DNA of 64,000 nt from the human T2T-CHM13v2.0 reference genome, Homo sapiens, in NCBI RefSeq assembly GCF_009914755.1, contig NC_060926.1. One strand, 5' to 3'. This document shows positions 28,028-42,360 of the stretch, one piece after another; the first letter of the stretch is position 1, and every line of letters starts with the position of its first letter. Under the pieces are notes generated by a model, which did not search any database, was not told the DNA's origin, and saw nothing but the letters and a program-made list of their open reading frames with translations. Position numbers and translations under genes: made by a program.

Positions 28028-29095
28028 TATTGAAAGACAATTATCCACAGTCTTTCACATTTCTGCACGTCTTCTGAACAAAAGGGCTGGACAGGTATGC
28101 TTCAGAATATCTTATTGTATTAGTCAGCGTTCTCTAAAGCGACAGAACTAATAGGATAGATGAATAAATGAAGGGGGGTTTATTAGGAGAATTGACTTAC
28201 ATAGTCACAAAGTGAAGTCCCACAATAGGAAGTCCACAAGTTGAGGAGCCAGAAAGCCAGTCTGACTTCCAAAACCTCAAAAGTAGGCAAGCCAACAATG
28301 GAGCCTTCAGTCTGTGGCCAAAGGGCCTGAGAGCCCCTGGAAAATCACTGGTGTAAGTCCAAGAGTCCAAAAGCTGAAGAACTTGGAGTCTAATGTTTGA
28401 GGGCAGGAAGCATCCAGCATGGGAGAAAGATGGAGGCCAGAAGACTCAGCAATTCTGCTCTTTCCATTCCTGCTTTTATGCTGGCTGCTGATTAGATGGT
28501 GCCCACCCAGACAGAGGGTGAGCCTGCCTGTCCCAGTCCACTGACTCAAATGTTAATCTCCTTTGGCAATACCCTCACAGATACACTCAGGAACAATACT
28601 TTGCATCCTTCAATCCGATCAAGTTGACACTTAATATTAACCATCACACTTAAGAATTTTTGTACAGGAAAGGGCTTTGGAAGAAAGATAAAGATAGTTT
28701 CTCCCTTCAAGGGAGGCCTCTCCCAAGAGGGCAGATTTGTTTGCTGATCAAGGTAATAAAAATAATGTCTCTCTCCAAGGGAAAAATTGGTCAGGTGTGC
28801 TAGGAGCCCCTTTAAAAGATTGGGGTTCCAAAGCACAAGAGTACTCCTCGGTAATGCAAACCCACTAGCTGCACCTCATCTTCCCAAGCCAATCTGCTTC
28901 ACCCTATGGGATCTGGGGGAGAAGGGAAACAGATATGACCATAAAGCTCATGATGACTGTTGTATTATGAGTAATAAAGTTATTTGTTTCTGACTCAGGA
29001 GTTTCGTGTCTTCTACCAGCATTCATGAAACTGTGGAAACTAATTTGTTAGCTTGAAAGCAATGTAAAATCTCAGACTTTTCATGGTTCTTGACA
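28028..29095 (+). mobile_element. ERV LTR (MER76-like, family uncertain) interrupted by MLT2A
   Basis: aagacaattatcca...tcacatttctgcacgtctt start; aataaag polyA-type signal at about 28973; end ctcagacttttcatggttcttgaca. Confidence 0.65.
28116..28648 (-). mobile_element. MLT2A (HERV-L) solo LTR
   Basis: tgtattagtcagcgttctct...caagttgacacttaatattaaccatcaca; TSD cttat/cttaa. Confidence 0.92.
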
Positions 29096-29721
29096 ACATC
29101 ATAGTTACAAATAAATTCAACTCACATATGTGTGCCTTGCTGATATCACCTGTAAGCTATTGGAGCAGTGCCCATAGTGCTGTCATTGAATCTAGATCAC
29201 ATCCCTATATATCTTCCTAAACTATGTACACAGCACTGCACCAGAACTGCTGTCAGCATCCACACTCAAGCAGCTGCTCTTCTTACAATGCTTCCTGGAG
29301 GCATTCTCTCTTTTTGATTTTCTAAGACTGCTACTCAAACCACTGATGCCATCACAACTGACTGCCCTACTCAGGCATCTCTGAGATGCTTTGCTACAAA
29401 ATAAGGAGAAAAATTCTCTTTCCCATGTGGTCTTTTTTGGACACATTTCATAGTAGGGCTGCTTGGTGCTAGAATCAGTCTGGCTTTACAAATACATGAC
29501 CTCATGGTCTCTCTCTTTCCCCAGGATAAATGCTCAGGGATAGCCGGTAGGTTAACCTGAGTTCAACTAAAGCTGACTTAATGTAACCAGGATGATTCAT
29601 CCTCTCCAGCTCTGAAATCTATCACTGAGTCAAGCTGTATTTGATATACACTCTCCTCCATGATCATAGATTTTCTACCAGGGGGCCCACAGTCACTGGT
29701 AAATTATGGTAATTTGGATAC

Positions 29722-30628
<907 letters not shown>

Positions 30629-30907
30629 CCTATTTTTATTATCTTTTAATAAAGCTTCTATTTATGCCTTCTAGATGGAGACATGAGAGGCAGCATGCTG
30701 GCTTATTCAGGGGAAAGACTTCACAAGTTGATAACAAAAGGCTGATGTTGCAAGAATCAAGTCATTTAGGATGCAGCTTTAACCTTATAGGTCATAGACA
30801 TTATTACACAGGAGTCTAAATATTTGGAAATAAAAAAATTGTATGTTTTTCTATGAGCAACAATGATCAACAAATTATGAAGAAATATAAGAGCTTCCCT
30901 CTATTCT

Positions 30908-31033
30908 ATTTTTATTTTAGAGAAAAGGTCTCATTTTGTTCCCCAGGCTGGAGTGCAGTAGCACAATCATAGCTCATGGCAGTCTCAAACTCCTGGGCTC
31001 AAGCAGTCCTCCTGCCTCAGCCTCCCAAATAGC
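30908..31033 (-). mobile_element. Alu monomer fragment (AluJ/FRAM-like)
   Basis: ccaggctggagtgcagtagcacaatcatagctca...ctcctgggctcaagcagtcctcc. Confidence 0.85.
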
Positions 31034-31504
31034 AATGAAATCCAACCCTCGCTCTATTTTTATAACTTCAAAAATATTTTCCCTACCATCTTTAATGTTT
31101 CAAGCATGGAGAAACCATATCTAATATTTTAACCCAATTAGGAAATATAATTAAATGCTAAAAATATTAATATTTATAATTACAGTTGATTTTTTATGTT
31201 TGTATAACTTTATTTTCATATTTTATACCCAAATTTACACAATAATATTTTATATTTTTCGGTAGAACTATTAAAATATAATATTAATAGCACATTTTAA
31301 AGCCAGTTGGCTATAAAATCATGATCCAAATTTCCCTAAATAGCAATCTGTTATGACAGCATGCTAGGTTATAATCCGTCGGGAAGTCAAGAGGCGGTCA
31401 ACAACCATTTCCCACAGAGTACGTCTAAATGGTACACGTTGACACATAAGATGTTTGAGACAAAAATTGGCCACAATTTCTGAAAATAAAAATGTCCTTT
31501 TGGT

Positions 31505-31511
31505 TGTTTTC

Positions 31512-31547
<36 letters not shown>

Positions 31548-31827
31548 GAGATGCAGTCTCATTCTGTTGTCTAGGTTGGAGTGCAATGGTGAGATCTTGG
31601 CTCACTGCAACCTCGGCCCCCTGGGGTTCAAACGATTCTTCTGCCTCAGCCTCCCGAGTAGCTGAGATTACAGGCACACACCACCCAACCCGGCTAGTAT
31701 TTGTACTTTTAGTAAAGACAGGGTTTCACCCTGTTGGCCAGGCTGGTCTCGAACTCCTGACATATGACCCACCCACCTCGGCCTTCTAAAGTTCTGGGAT
31801 TACAGGCATGAGCCACTGCACCCAGCC
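31505..31827 (-). mobile_element. AluS
   Basis: Full dimer antisense; TSD-like aaaatgtcctt / aaagtgtcctt. Confidence 0.93.
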
Positions 31828-32264
31828 AAAAGTGTCCTTAAATGTAGTAGCTTCTGTTCCTCTTTTAGTATGATTTCCTAACATTTGCTCTTGATAGGGA
31901 AAGATAAAAAGATTTGAATATTTACCTGTTACTAAGCTTTGTCATTAAAAACTATTTAATTTATAACTTACAATTAGTTACTACATGAGTCTAATTGCAT
32001 ATGAAATAATTTATGTTTTACTTTTGAGGCAGTCTATAGACGGCAGACTAAATACGAAGAAAATTGATCTAAGCTGGTCATTTTTCAAATGTCAGGGGCT
32101 GTTTTTTCATTGTCATTGGTTTACTTCTATAGAAGAGACCAAGGCAAAGTGAATAACTCCTGGAAATTTTGAAGGAGTTATTTATCAAATGATTGAGATA
32201 ATTTTGGGCTGTTTGCCCTCAGTTTATTATTTTTTTTTTTTTGCCTCTCTCAGCTCTGCAGGAT

Positions 32265-32635
32265 GAATTTCCCTGAATTCGCTGGGATGAACTGATGGAA
32301 AACCAGGAGAAGCCAGAATATATCTCATCCTCCCCTGCCTCAGCTACTCCACCACCTCCTCACCCTCCTGCCCATGTCTCTAGCTCCCACTAGAGAGGCC
32401 CATTAGACTCCAGCCTCTGTCACATTATCCTGGCCTCTGCACTCTGATATCATCCTACATTCTTTATGTCAATTGCCTACAAATGGTAATGACTTTCTAC
32501 CATTTCTATTTGATTTATCGCACCATTCTCTCTGTGCCTCTATCACCTATATCATCAATTCCTTACTGATTTCCTCTCTGTTGTATTATATATTCTTAAA
32601 GTGGTTTTGATTTTCTCATGTGGATACTAATATGT
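32265..32635 (+). mobile_element. Old ERVL LTR fragment (LTR41/LTR33-like)
   Basis: ggagaagccagaatat...ctagctcccactaga...ggtaatgactttct...gtggttttgattttc. Confidence 0.5.
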
Positions 32636-32659
32636 GTATGCATTTGCTTGTTTGTTTAT

Positions 32660-33690
32660 GTCATAACTTATGCCGTGCGTTATTCCAGAAAAGGTTTAAA
32701 GCAATTTGGAGAAAATGTAAAATATAAGAAGATATATATCAAAAATTAAAAGTGGATTTTTTTTAAAGCTGGGTACAAGGATAAACTAAACTAATTTGAT
32801 GTAATAATGTCAGGTATAAAGCTAAACTAGCCCGGGCATGGTGACTCACACCTCTACTCCCAGTACTTTGAGAGGGCAAGGTGAAAGGATGGCTTGAGAC
32901 CAGGAATTCAAGATCAGCCTTGGCAACGTAGCAAGACTCTGTCTCTACAAAAACAAAAAAAAAAACAAAAAACGAACAAACAAAATTACCCAGCAGGCAT
33001 GGTGGAGCAAGCCTGTAGTCCTAGCTACTGTGGGAGCTGAAGCTGTGGGATCGTTTGAGCCAGAAGGTCAAGGCCTCAGTAAGCTATGATCACATCACTG
33101 CACTCCATCCTAGGTGACAGAGTAAAACCTTATCTCTAAAACAAAATAAATAAATAAATAGAGCTGAAACAATGCACAACCAGCCTTTGGCAGCAGATGG
33201 CCCTTACATTTAACTCTAAACTTTCTAGTAGTAAGTGTAAAAAGGGAAACATGATTAGCTTGAAAATTCACAGGTAGGAAGAGAAGAGGAGAAGGAGGAA
33301 GAGAAGGAAGTAATTGTTTATTTAACTATTAGGATCCACTGTTATTTGTGACATCTGATTAAGGTACACGTAAGGTTTTATCTTTTAAAATTTTTTATTT
33401 TCCTAAAAGAAACCACTCAAGCATTCATGTGGCCATCTATTATTGTTTAATTCACTCCATATCCAACCACTCTCCAATATTCCTGGAGTTGATTCAGTCC
33501 AAAGAGAGCTTTCATGATGTATCATGGTCACAATTGGATTCTTCATATCCAATAAAACTGTCAGAGTTAGGCACAGCTCCATCAGACCAGACGCACTCTT
33601 TTCTCATAGAAAGCCGTCTTCTTTGGGAGCTCATGGGTAACTTCCTAACAAGGACCTCGGTGCAACCAACACTGGCTGTCAGAATGTCCT
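32660..33690 (-). mobile_element. Possible L4 (RTE-X) LINE relic interrupted by AluJ
   Basis: ttattccagaaaaggtttaaagcaatt and actctaaactttctag...aaagggaaacatgattag resemble recalled L4 text. Confidence 0.4.
32829..33160 (+). mobile_element. AluJ
   Basis: aggatggcttgagaccaggaattc, ggcaacgtagcaagac, agctatgatcac; TSD-like aaagctaaac / agagctgaaac. Confidence 0.9.
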
Positions 33691-34249
33691 AATGGCATTG
33701 AATATTGTATGCACAATTTGTTTTGTAGCTTCTAAATGATGCAAAATATTTCATAGTGTCCACAATCACATATCTTTTATTCATTTCCCAACATTATTTT
33801 CAGCACGTTACATTTGTACTCTGTACAAGGATTTATTTGGGATATACACCTAGAACTCATTTCTCAGGGGCACAGAAGCCCAACAGGAAACAATTAAGAT
33901 CATTAAGTATAGACAGATTTATTTCCAAAAGGGTTTTTCTCGTTTATGTTCCCCATGATAATAATTTTAAAAGATTTATAAATATTCTTATTTTCTCACA
34001 TCTCTGCCAATGTTGTTTTTATCTAATTTTCTAATTTTTACCTACGGAGACTGTAAAGAGGTATTCCATTGCAGTTTCACTTTTCTCTGACTACTAATGA
34101 GTTTGAGCATTTCTCCATATAACTTTACATCAACTATACTTCTTTGTAAATCAACTGCTCATCTTCTTTACCAAATCTTTAATTGAGTTTCCTTTCTTTC
34201 CTTTGGAAGTTAACATGAATCATTAAAGATAAATACTGTTGATTTGTGT

Positions 34250-34820
<571 letters not shown>

Positions 34821-34970
34821 ATACTATTGATTTGTTTAGGCTGACTTTCTGAGCAACAATCTTGATAAATTACTTTATTTATTGTAATAATTGCTTTTTT
34901 TCTGTTGAATTTAATTTTATTTTGACAATTGTGCAATCAACAAATGAAGACATTTTTAACTCTACCTCTT

Positions 34971-35336
34971 CGTATTAGTTCGTTTTCACACTGCTGATAA
35001 AGCCATACCTGAGAGTGGGTAATTTATAAAGAAAAAGCGGTTTAATGGGCTCACAGTTCCACGTGGCTGTGGAGGCCTCACAATCATGGCGGAAAGTGAA
35101 AGGCACATCTTGCATTGGCCCCAGGTGAGAGAGAATGAAAAACCAAGCGAAAGGGGTTTCCTCTTATAAAACCATCAGCTCAGGTGAGACTTATTTGTTA
35201 CCAAAAGAACAGTACGTGGGAAACCGGCCCAGTGATTCAATTATCTCCCACCGGGTCTCTCCCATAACACGTGGAAATTATAGGAACTACAATTCAAAAT
35301 GAGGTTTGGGTGAGAGGACCCAGCCAATCCATATCC
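34971..35336 (-). mobile_element. THE1B-like solo LTR
   Basis: cgtattagttcgttttcacactgctgataaag...cagccaatccatatcc; TSD ctctt/ctctc. Confidence 0.92.
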
Positions 35337-35691
35337 CTCTCATATCTCAAACTCTTTTTTTTTTTCTTCTCTGATAGTTTTGGTTATAACTGTGCAAAAC
35401 ACTATTGATGAAAATAGGCATTCTTTTATTTGTTTTTAAAGAAACTATGTTTAAATGCCCTCAATTAAATATAACATTTGGTATAGTTCCCAAGTATATA
35501 GGCACATTCTTTAGGGACGCTTTTTTCTACCACAATTTTTCTGAGTTTTTAATAAAAACAAGTGTGATATTATTTATTTTTCAGATCTATTGAAGTGATA
35601 GTGTTTTTTATTATGTGGTCCTTCAATGTGATGAACAATAGTATACACTGGTTACCAATTATTAACATTATGAGTAGATGACAGGTATAAT

Positions 35692-36306
35692 TGAAGTCAC
35701 GTTGTTGGCTGGGGTAAATACCCGAAGTTCGTCATCTCACGCCAAGGATATTAAGTAGGCGGACACACAAGAAGTGGGTTTAGAAGCAGAGGTTTAATAG
35801 GCAAAAGAAGGAGAAAGGAGCAAAGCTCTCTCTCTCCTGAGAGACAGGTGCCCCAGTGGGACTTCTGGCCATCAGTGGAGCCCACAGGGTTTTATAGACA
35901 GCCTGGAGGAGGCGGTGTCTGATTTACGCACAGCTCACAGATTGGTTGGACCAGGTGTGACGTTTACATAGTGCATGAGGAAACTGGCCACCCCAGCTTA
36001 ATCTTTCGTTATGCAAATGGGGTCTCTACTTGGCCAGCACTATGTTCCCTGCTCCTTACTGTGCCCGTGACAAGGAAAGGAGACGATGGAGCCGCCATGT
36101 TGAACACGTCTAGCCTCAGGTAGCCTTTTCCTATTGGCACAGCTGCAGGCATTCACCCTTGCAAGCTTCCAGCTCGCTCATCTATGTCTGCAGCTTGTTT
36201 TTACAGGCTGCTCTTTGTTAGATAACAAAATGACTTGGGGGCTGCTTTTCATTAAAAGGAAAACCTTACAATCTGCCTAAATAATTTCTTCTTAAGTCCT
36301 ATATCA
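35692..36306 (-). mobile_element. LTR9-family (ERV1) solo LTR
   Basis: Minus strand starts tgatatagga...aattatttaggcagat and ends gtatttaccccagcc...cttca; perfect 4 bp TSD taat/taat. Confidence 0.88.
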
Positions 36307-37309
36307 TAATTTTCTGTCAATAAGTATCGTTCCATTTTAAAAATAAACAGTATTTTAAGGATTTTAAAAATTTTCCAACAAACTGTTTAATTAAGATAGT
36401 CAAATTTTATTTAATAGCTATGCATTTGCATTTATAAGATTGGTCTCTAATTTCTTTTCCTTATTTCTCCTTATTCTTATTTTATGGGATTTTATGAGCT
36501 ACAACAAAATGAGTTGGCAATTAGTCTTCCTTTTGATTTTTGTGACCATTTGTTTAATGTTTTTAAAACATTTAGAGGGGTAGATTTGAAACAATTTGTC
36601 TCTAAAAATGTCTGGGCATGAGATTTTTTGAGGAAGTATAGGAATCTTTGTTTATCATTTAATTTCTTTCATGAATACAAGTCTATTAACATTTTCTATT
36701 GCTTTTTTTTTTACCAAATTCTGCCATTCTCATTTTTCAGAAATGTATCAATTGTATTTTATTTTAAAATGTATTTTATGCAATCTTTGTAACATGCTTT
36801 GAAATTTTAATATTTTGATATTCCCTTTATTTTTTATATATTTTTCGATTTTCTCATTTATTTTAGTAAGTTTTCTACTGGTTCCCTATCTCATTAGTCT
36901 TTTCAAATAAACAAATTTAATTTTATTCAATTTCTCTATTTTTCTTTGTTCTTGGTTTTGCTGATATTTGGTTTATGTCTTATTATTTATTTCCTTCTTG
37001 TTTAATTATGTTTACTTTGGCAATGTTTTTCCAATTCCTTGAGTTAAATGATTAGCTCATTTAATTTCTTTCTTTTTTTCCAACAAATGCATTTTGTTAT
37101 AAATCCCTCCTTAATATTGTGTTTAGATAATAAATATTTCCATTGTATTATGTTCTAGACATCGTAAGATAACATCATTTCTAATTTCTTCTTGAGCTCA
37201 AAGATATTTAGCAATTTTTTAAAAAGAATTCAGGGGAATAAATTTTTGAACCACCTTCCAATTTATTTTAAACACACACACACACACACAAATTTGGTAT
37301 CTATATGTC

Positions 37310-37490
37310 TTTAAAATTAACGTATTTAACCTGATAATATTCCTTCAAGATAAGCATATTCATTATCTCTATTTTAAAGAGGAGGAAAGTAAGGCATAGA
37401 GAAGTTACATAATTTCTCCATGCTGTAAAACTAGGAAATATCAAAGTTGAGATTTAAATCCAATTGATGAATCTGGAGCTTTTCACTAGT
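37310..37490 (-). mobile_element. MIR SINE
   Basis: attatctctattttaaagaggaggaaagtaaggcatagagaagttacataattt...gatttaaatcc. Confidence 0.75.
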
Positions 37491-38744
37491 ATGATATCCT
37501 AAAACAAAATCAGTATTGAACAATGATACAGAGTTTCTCAAAATGAAACTATGATAAAATAATGAATAGGTAACAGTAGTAATGAAACATGATTACTAAG
37601 AGAAAAATATCTTCTTAGATGCCTCAAAGATAAAACATATAGGCAGCCAATTCCAAATACTTTTGGTAGATATAAAATTAGAAACTGTGTGACCTATTTA
37701 ATGAATATAAGCATCCAGGGGCAACAGATATAGTTAACAACCCATAATGAGATGTCCTCTTGGTTGTTTTTGCCAAGAAGATAAATTTCCAGTAAAATGT
37801 CAAACAAGGTTACCATTTAAATAGCAATGCTAATAATTACATTCTGAGCTCTCACCTCAATGAATGGCATAATTTATTTATTGCACATTTCCACTGTGTT
37901 AAGAAAATGGTTTTGTTCCTATGAGGGCTCTTGATTAACATTTTTGAAATTTTGATTAGCAATTAGCTTTAATGGAACAACTTAAATCATTTTTTATGGA
38001 AGGGATTTTTTGAAACAAACAAACATGATTCCTTCTATTATGTAGATATCTGTCCTGGGACACCAGTCATCTCCTGAATAACACTGTCAGCTAAAATTAC
38101 ACAATTTCCAGCAAAAAGAAAAAAAAAGATTCCCACGGATAACCGTGAGTTTTTTTTCTGTTTGTTTTATTAGTGGCTGGACTTCAGTACCTACAATTCT
38201 TACCTAATGTGTAATCTCTGAGGTAAATAAATAACTTTAATGTACAATCTTGTATGTTTTAGTTTAATATCCTAAGTGTAGAGACCAGAATACACTTGTG
38301 TTTGGCAGATATCAAGAAATTCTAAATTATTTGCATTCATCACCATACATATTAACAAATTGCAAAAAGATCACATGTAATAGCTACAAAATTTATTATA
38401 TTATAAGAAAAAGCTTTCAATTTGGGTAAGAACTCCAAAATAGAAACTATATGGAAATAGAAAGTCAGAAGATCAGAGGCTACATGTATCAAACCTAACA
38501 CAAATCTGGAATTGTGTTAATAATTAGAACTGGAGAATATTAGCCTTAAAAAAGTGTCCACTCGCCTATCCAAAGTAAAAACAAAAACAAAAACAAAAAC
38601 TAAAATGTACCTACCATCCTCCCTAAAAGTTTCCAGCTGACCTTTTCTTAGTACCAGTGATTGAAAACTTGTTGAGGAAAGAAACTTTAATCATCTAGCT
38701 TGCAATGCCAAGAAGACTTTTAACCTAGATAGTACTGAATAATA

Positions 38745-39277
38745 AGCCAGATTGATAGAAAATATTTACAACACATTTATTTGACCAAAAACTTTTACTT
38801 AGAATCTATGAAGAACTTTTACAAATCTATATTGGCAAGAAAACAATCAAAAATGGTCAAAAGTCATAAAAATATACTGGACTAAAAAAGCAACAAACGT
38901 CAATAAGTGCAATAGTCACCAGGAAATGCTAATTAAACCAGAATGAAATGCTGTTTCTCACCCCCTGAAACAGCTAAACCATGAAAAACAGATACTTCTA
39001 AGTATGACAACTGTATGGAATAAATAAGCGTCCCATATATTGCTCATGGGAGAGTAAAATAATATGATCACTTTAGAGACCTGTTTGACATTTTGTTATA
39101 AATTTAAACATATATCCACTCAATGCCCGAACAATTCAACTACTAGATATTTATCAAAGAAAAATGAAAACATATACTTATAAAAAGAGTTATTAATTAC
39201 AGCTTAAAATTGGAAACAACCTAAATGTCTATCAAGAAGAAAAATGTATGCATATATTACAGTTTATTCATACAATG
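38745..39277 (+). mobile_element. Old L1M 3' ORF2 fragment
   Basis: agaatctatgaagaactt...ggaaatgctaattaaacca...aattggaaacaacctaaatgtctatca. Confidence 0.75.
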
Positions 39278-40135
39278 CAGGGCCAAGACCAGAGTAAGAC
39301 AAGGAAGGTATGTGTGTGTATGCCCATAAGTGTGTGTGCATGAGTGTACGTGTTTACATAAATGTGCATATATAGGGACACACATACAAATATATGATAT
39401 AAATTTATTGTGGCTAGCTACATAACTTACAGGTTGCAAAATGGAAAAATGAATCCTCTTGTTCAAAAGGCAGAAGTGTAAGTGCCATTATTGTTCATTT
39501 TTGTGTTGCACAAAGCTATTTTTAAGTGCCAATAAGAGCATGTGGTAGAGTATGTGGAATTACTGAAATTACACAGCTCTTATTTCATAACTGAGCTATG
39601 CATATGAATTTTGTTCTTACCAGAATGATGGAAATGTACATTAATTCAAATGTATTTATTTCATTTGGATACAGGCATATTTAACCAATACTTACTACCT
39701 TCAGCTTATTGATTTATAAGGACTAATTGAAGAAAAAAGAATTATGGGTTGTCCTATCTTTTCAGTTCTTTCCCATTCAGTGTCACCATTTTTAGCATAA
39801 GGTGTTGACTAGTAAAGGGAAGTAGGACTCCAAAGAAAGGTTACATTAGGGTTCCTTGGTTGCCCGTGTTTCGTAAAATGCCATTGCTTACTTTTGGCGT
39901 GAAATGTGAATGGAGTGGCAAGAAAAGGCAGCAAACGTGCATATTTCATGTTTCTCTTCTGCTAATGTGCATGCTCCATTGTCCCATTGGACTTCACCTA
40001 CAAATCATAAGTTCAAAGATAAAATTATCAACAGTTTTCAAGATGGCAACAGCAGAACATTAAGCCAAACATAGATCCTTCTGAACCTGGAACCATTTGA
40101 GACTATATATGTGGCATATGCAAAAAGCCAGCCTT
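39278..40135 (-). mobile_element. MER45-family hAT-Tip100 DNA transposon
   Basis: cagggcc left terminus; right end ttcaagatggcaacagcagaacattaagccaa...aagccagcc matches the recalled MER45 end. Confidence 0.7.
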
Positions 40136-40150
40136 TATCAGTTGAATACA

Positions 40151-40155
40151 TAGAT

Positions 40156-40198
<43 letters not shown>

Positions 40199-40213
40199 GA
40201 TAGATAGATAGAC
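40151..40213. repeat. (GATA)n tetranucleotide STR
   Basis: About 10 uninterrupted GATA units plus flanking variant units. Confidence 0.97.
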
Positions 40214-40272
40214 AAATATTGAGATAGATGAATGATTGATTAGTCTATATTAGCAAAGCACCCTTTAAAAGG

Positions 40273-40647
40273 TGATATGGCTTGGATTTGTGTCCCTGCC
40301 CAAATCTCATGTTGAATTGTAATCCCCAATGTTGGAGGTGGGGACTGGTGGGAGGTGATTGGATCATGGGAGTGGAATTCTCCCTTGCTGTTCTCCTAAT
40401 AGTGAGTTCTCACAAGATCTGGTTGTTGAAAAGTGTGTAGCACCTCCCACTTTCCTCTCTTTCTCCTTCTCCGGCCGTGGAACACATGACTCTGTCCTCT
40501 TCATCTTCTGCTGTCTTTGTAAGTTTCCTGAGGCCTCCCCAGCCATGCTTCCTGTACAGGCTGTGGAATGGTGAGCCAATTAAACCTCTTTATAAATTAC
40601 CAAGTCTCAGGTAGTTCCTTATAGCAGTGCAAGAACGGACTAACACA
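40273..40647 (+). mobile_element. MSTA-like solo LTR
   Basis: tgatatggcttggatttgtgtccc...gcaagaacggactaacaca; TSD aaagg/aaatg. Confidence 0.9.
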
Positions 40648-40689
40648 AAATGTAAAAGAGACTTCAGAGGAGAAACATGATGAGAAGTA

Positions 40690-41150
40690 ATCAAAATCTG
40701 AATATATCTTGATGAGTCGAAAGAGCTTGGTTGTGGGCTTTATGAGGAAAAGATAAATCAAAAGTGACTCAAGGTTTTTGGCCTGAGAAACTAGAAAAGT
40801 AGAGTTATTATGTAATGAAATGGCAGTGACTACAGGAGGAGGTGGTTTCAGAGATGAGAGAGATCAGAAGTTCAATTTTGGATGTACTAAGTTTAAGTGC
40901 CCATTATACATCCAAGTGTAAATGTCAATTAGGCAGTTGGATATGTGAGTCTGGAGAGCAGGGAAGACATCTGAGCTGGAGATTTAATTTGAGAGTAGTC
41001 AGCACACTGGTGACACGATATTTAAAGCCGTGAGAAGTGAGAAAAGCTGATGCAAGAAGTAAGTGTAGATGGAGAAGGGAAAGGTGTGAGGACTGAGCCT
41101 TGGATCACTTCACTATTTAGAGATTGAAGAAATGACGTGTGACCTACAAT
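40690..41150 (-). mobile_element. L2 LINE fragment
   Basis: aaggtttttggcctgagaaactaga...gttcaattttggatg...aggcagttggatatgtgagtctgga...gaggactgagcctt. Confidence 0.85.
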
Positions 41151-42360
41151 GGAAACTTCAAAATTAACTTTGGCAAATGACTTAATATCTCCAAACATTT
41201 TTTAGTTAACTGTGAAGTAAGGATATTGATACCTACTTCTTAGGATTGCTGGAGAATAAAAGATACAAATAATATTATCTAAACTATCCAGAATACACAA
41301 CAAGATTGCCTTCTCATTCTAAGTGTAGTGTTTCTTTTCTCTGGTTCATTTCCCGTCCTTTCCCCAAAGGTCTCAAAACAAACAAATAGACAAGCTTATT
41401 TATTTACTTATTTGTATCACTTCTATTTGCTTTCTTAATGACCTTCCCTACTGGTCACTTGCCCAGGACAGGAAACATGACTTATTTATCTTGGTGAGTA
41501 CATTAAACACATTGGCTCACAATGAGGTTTTTTTATACTGTCCAAAGCAACATCACTTCACAGTTCTTAAGAAGTCAGTACAACCAGGAATCTGACCTAT
41601 AAGAAACATTGTTTTACATTTCTTATAGTTATGTTTCCTTTAACTTGGTGAACTAAAAATAATTTGAGAATGAATTTTTCATATTTTTCTTCTTCAGAGC
41701 TAAGAAGAATAACAGTGAAAAATTTAAATATGATAGCACCTATGGGAAATAAGTAACTCTTCTAACCTACTCTAATATCTAAGTTGAAAACTAAATGTTC
41801 TTTGGCATTCTGTAGGACTTACAAAATGTCAAGATAGCCTCCACTCTGATTATTCATAAATTTGAAGTGCCTCCATTTAACATTCAAGCTTGCAAAGTAC
41901 CTCTCTCTGGTTTTAGTGGAAAAACAGAGCTTTTTACATTAATGATAACTTATATACAATTGTGTTAAAGGGCTTTAACTGAATCCAGGGAGAAAAAAAT
42001 GTACATCTAACCCTATTCAGAGCTGCCGAGGCTCTGATTTGGGTTATATATAGCAAAGTCAAAAAATCACATAAATTTTAGCTAAATCATTTTCCTTTCT
42101 TGCACAGCTGTTCTCATTGGCTAGCCATTGAAAAGATGCAAAACTTCCTATTATCTAAGAGTCAAAAATTGACCCTAATGTTTCTTTCAGTGTTTGATTA
42201 AAGAGGTATGCTCTCAAAGAGTATGAAACTGGGAAATACTGGCCGTTCTAGGGATGATGTCAGAACACAAACTGGAAAAGAAGAAACCATTCTGAATGTA
42301 TAAACCAGAGGGAATGAAATGCAAGGAACCAGCTAGATTAATGATGAAACACTCCAGAAA

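Noticed and set aside
35060-35080. PRDM9 13-mer in THE1B
   Set aside because: The minus strand reads CCTCCACAGCCAC, which lacks the T at position 7 of CCNCCNTNNCCNC. Erosion of a former motif is possible but not demonstrable here.
38133-38146. cacgg-ataa-ccgtg hairpin followed by a T-run, resembling an intrinsic terminator
   Set aside because: A 5 bp stem is chance-level, and this is eukaryotic DNA.
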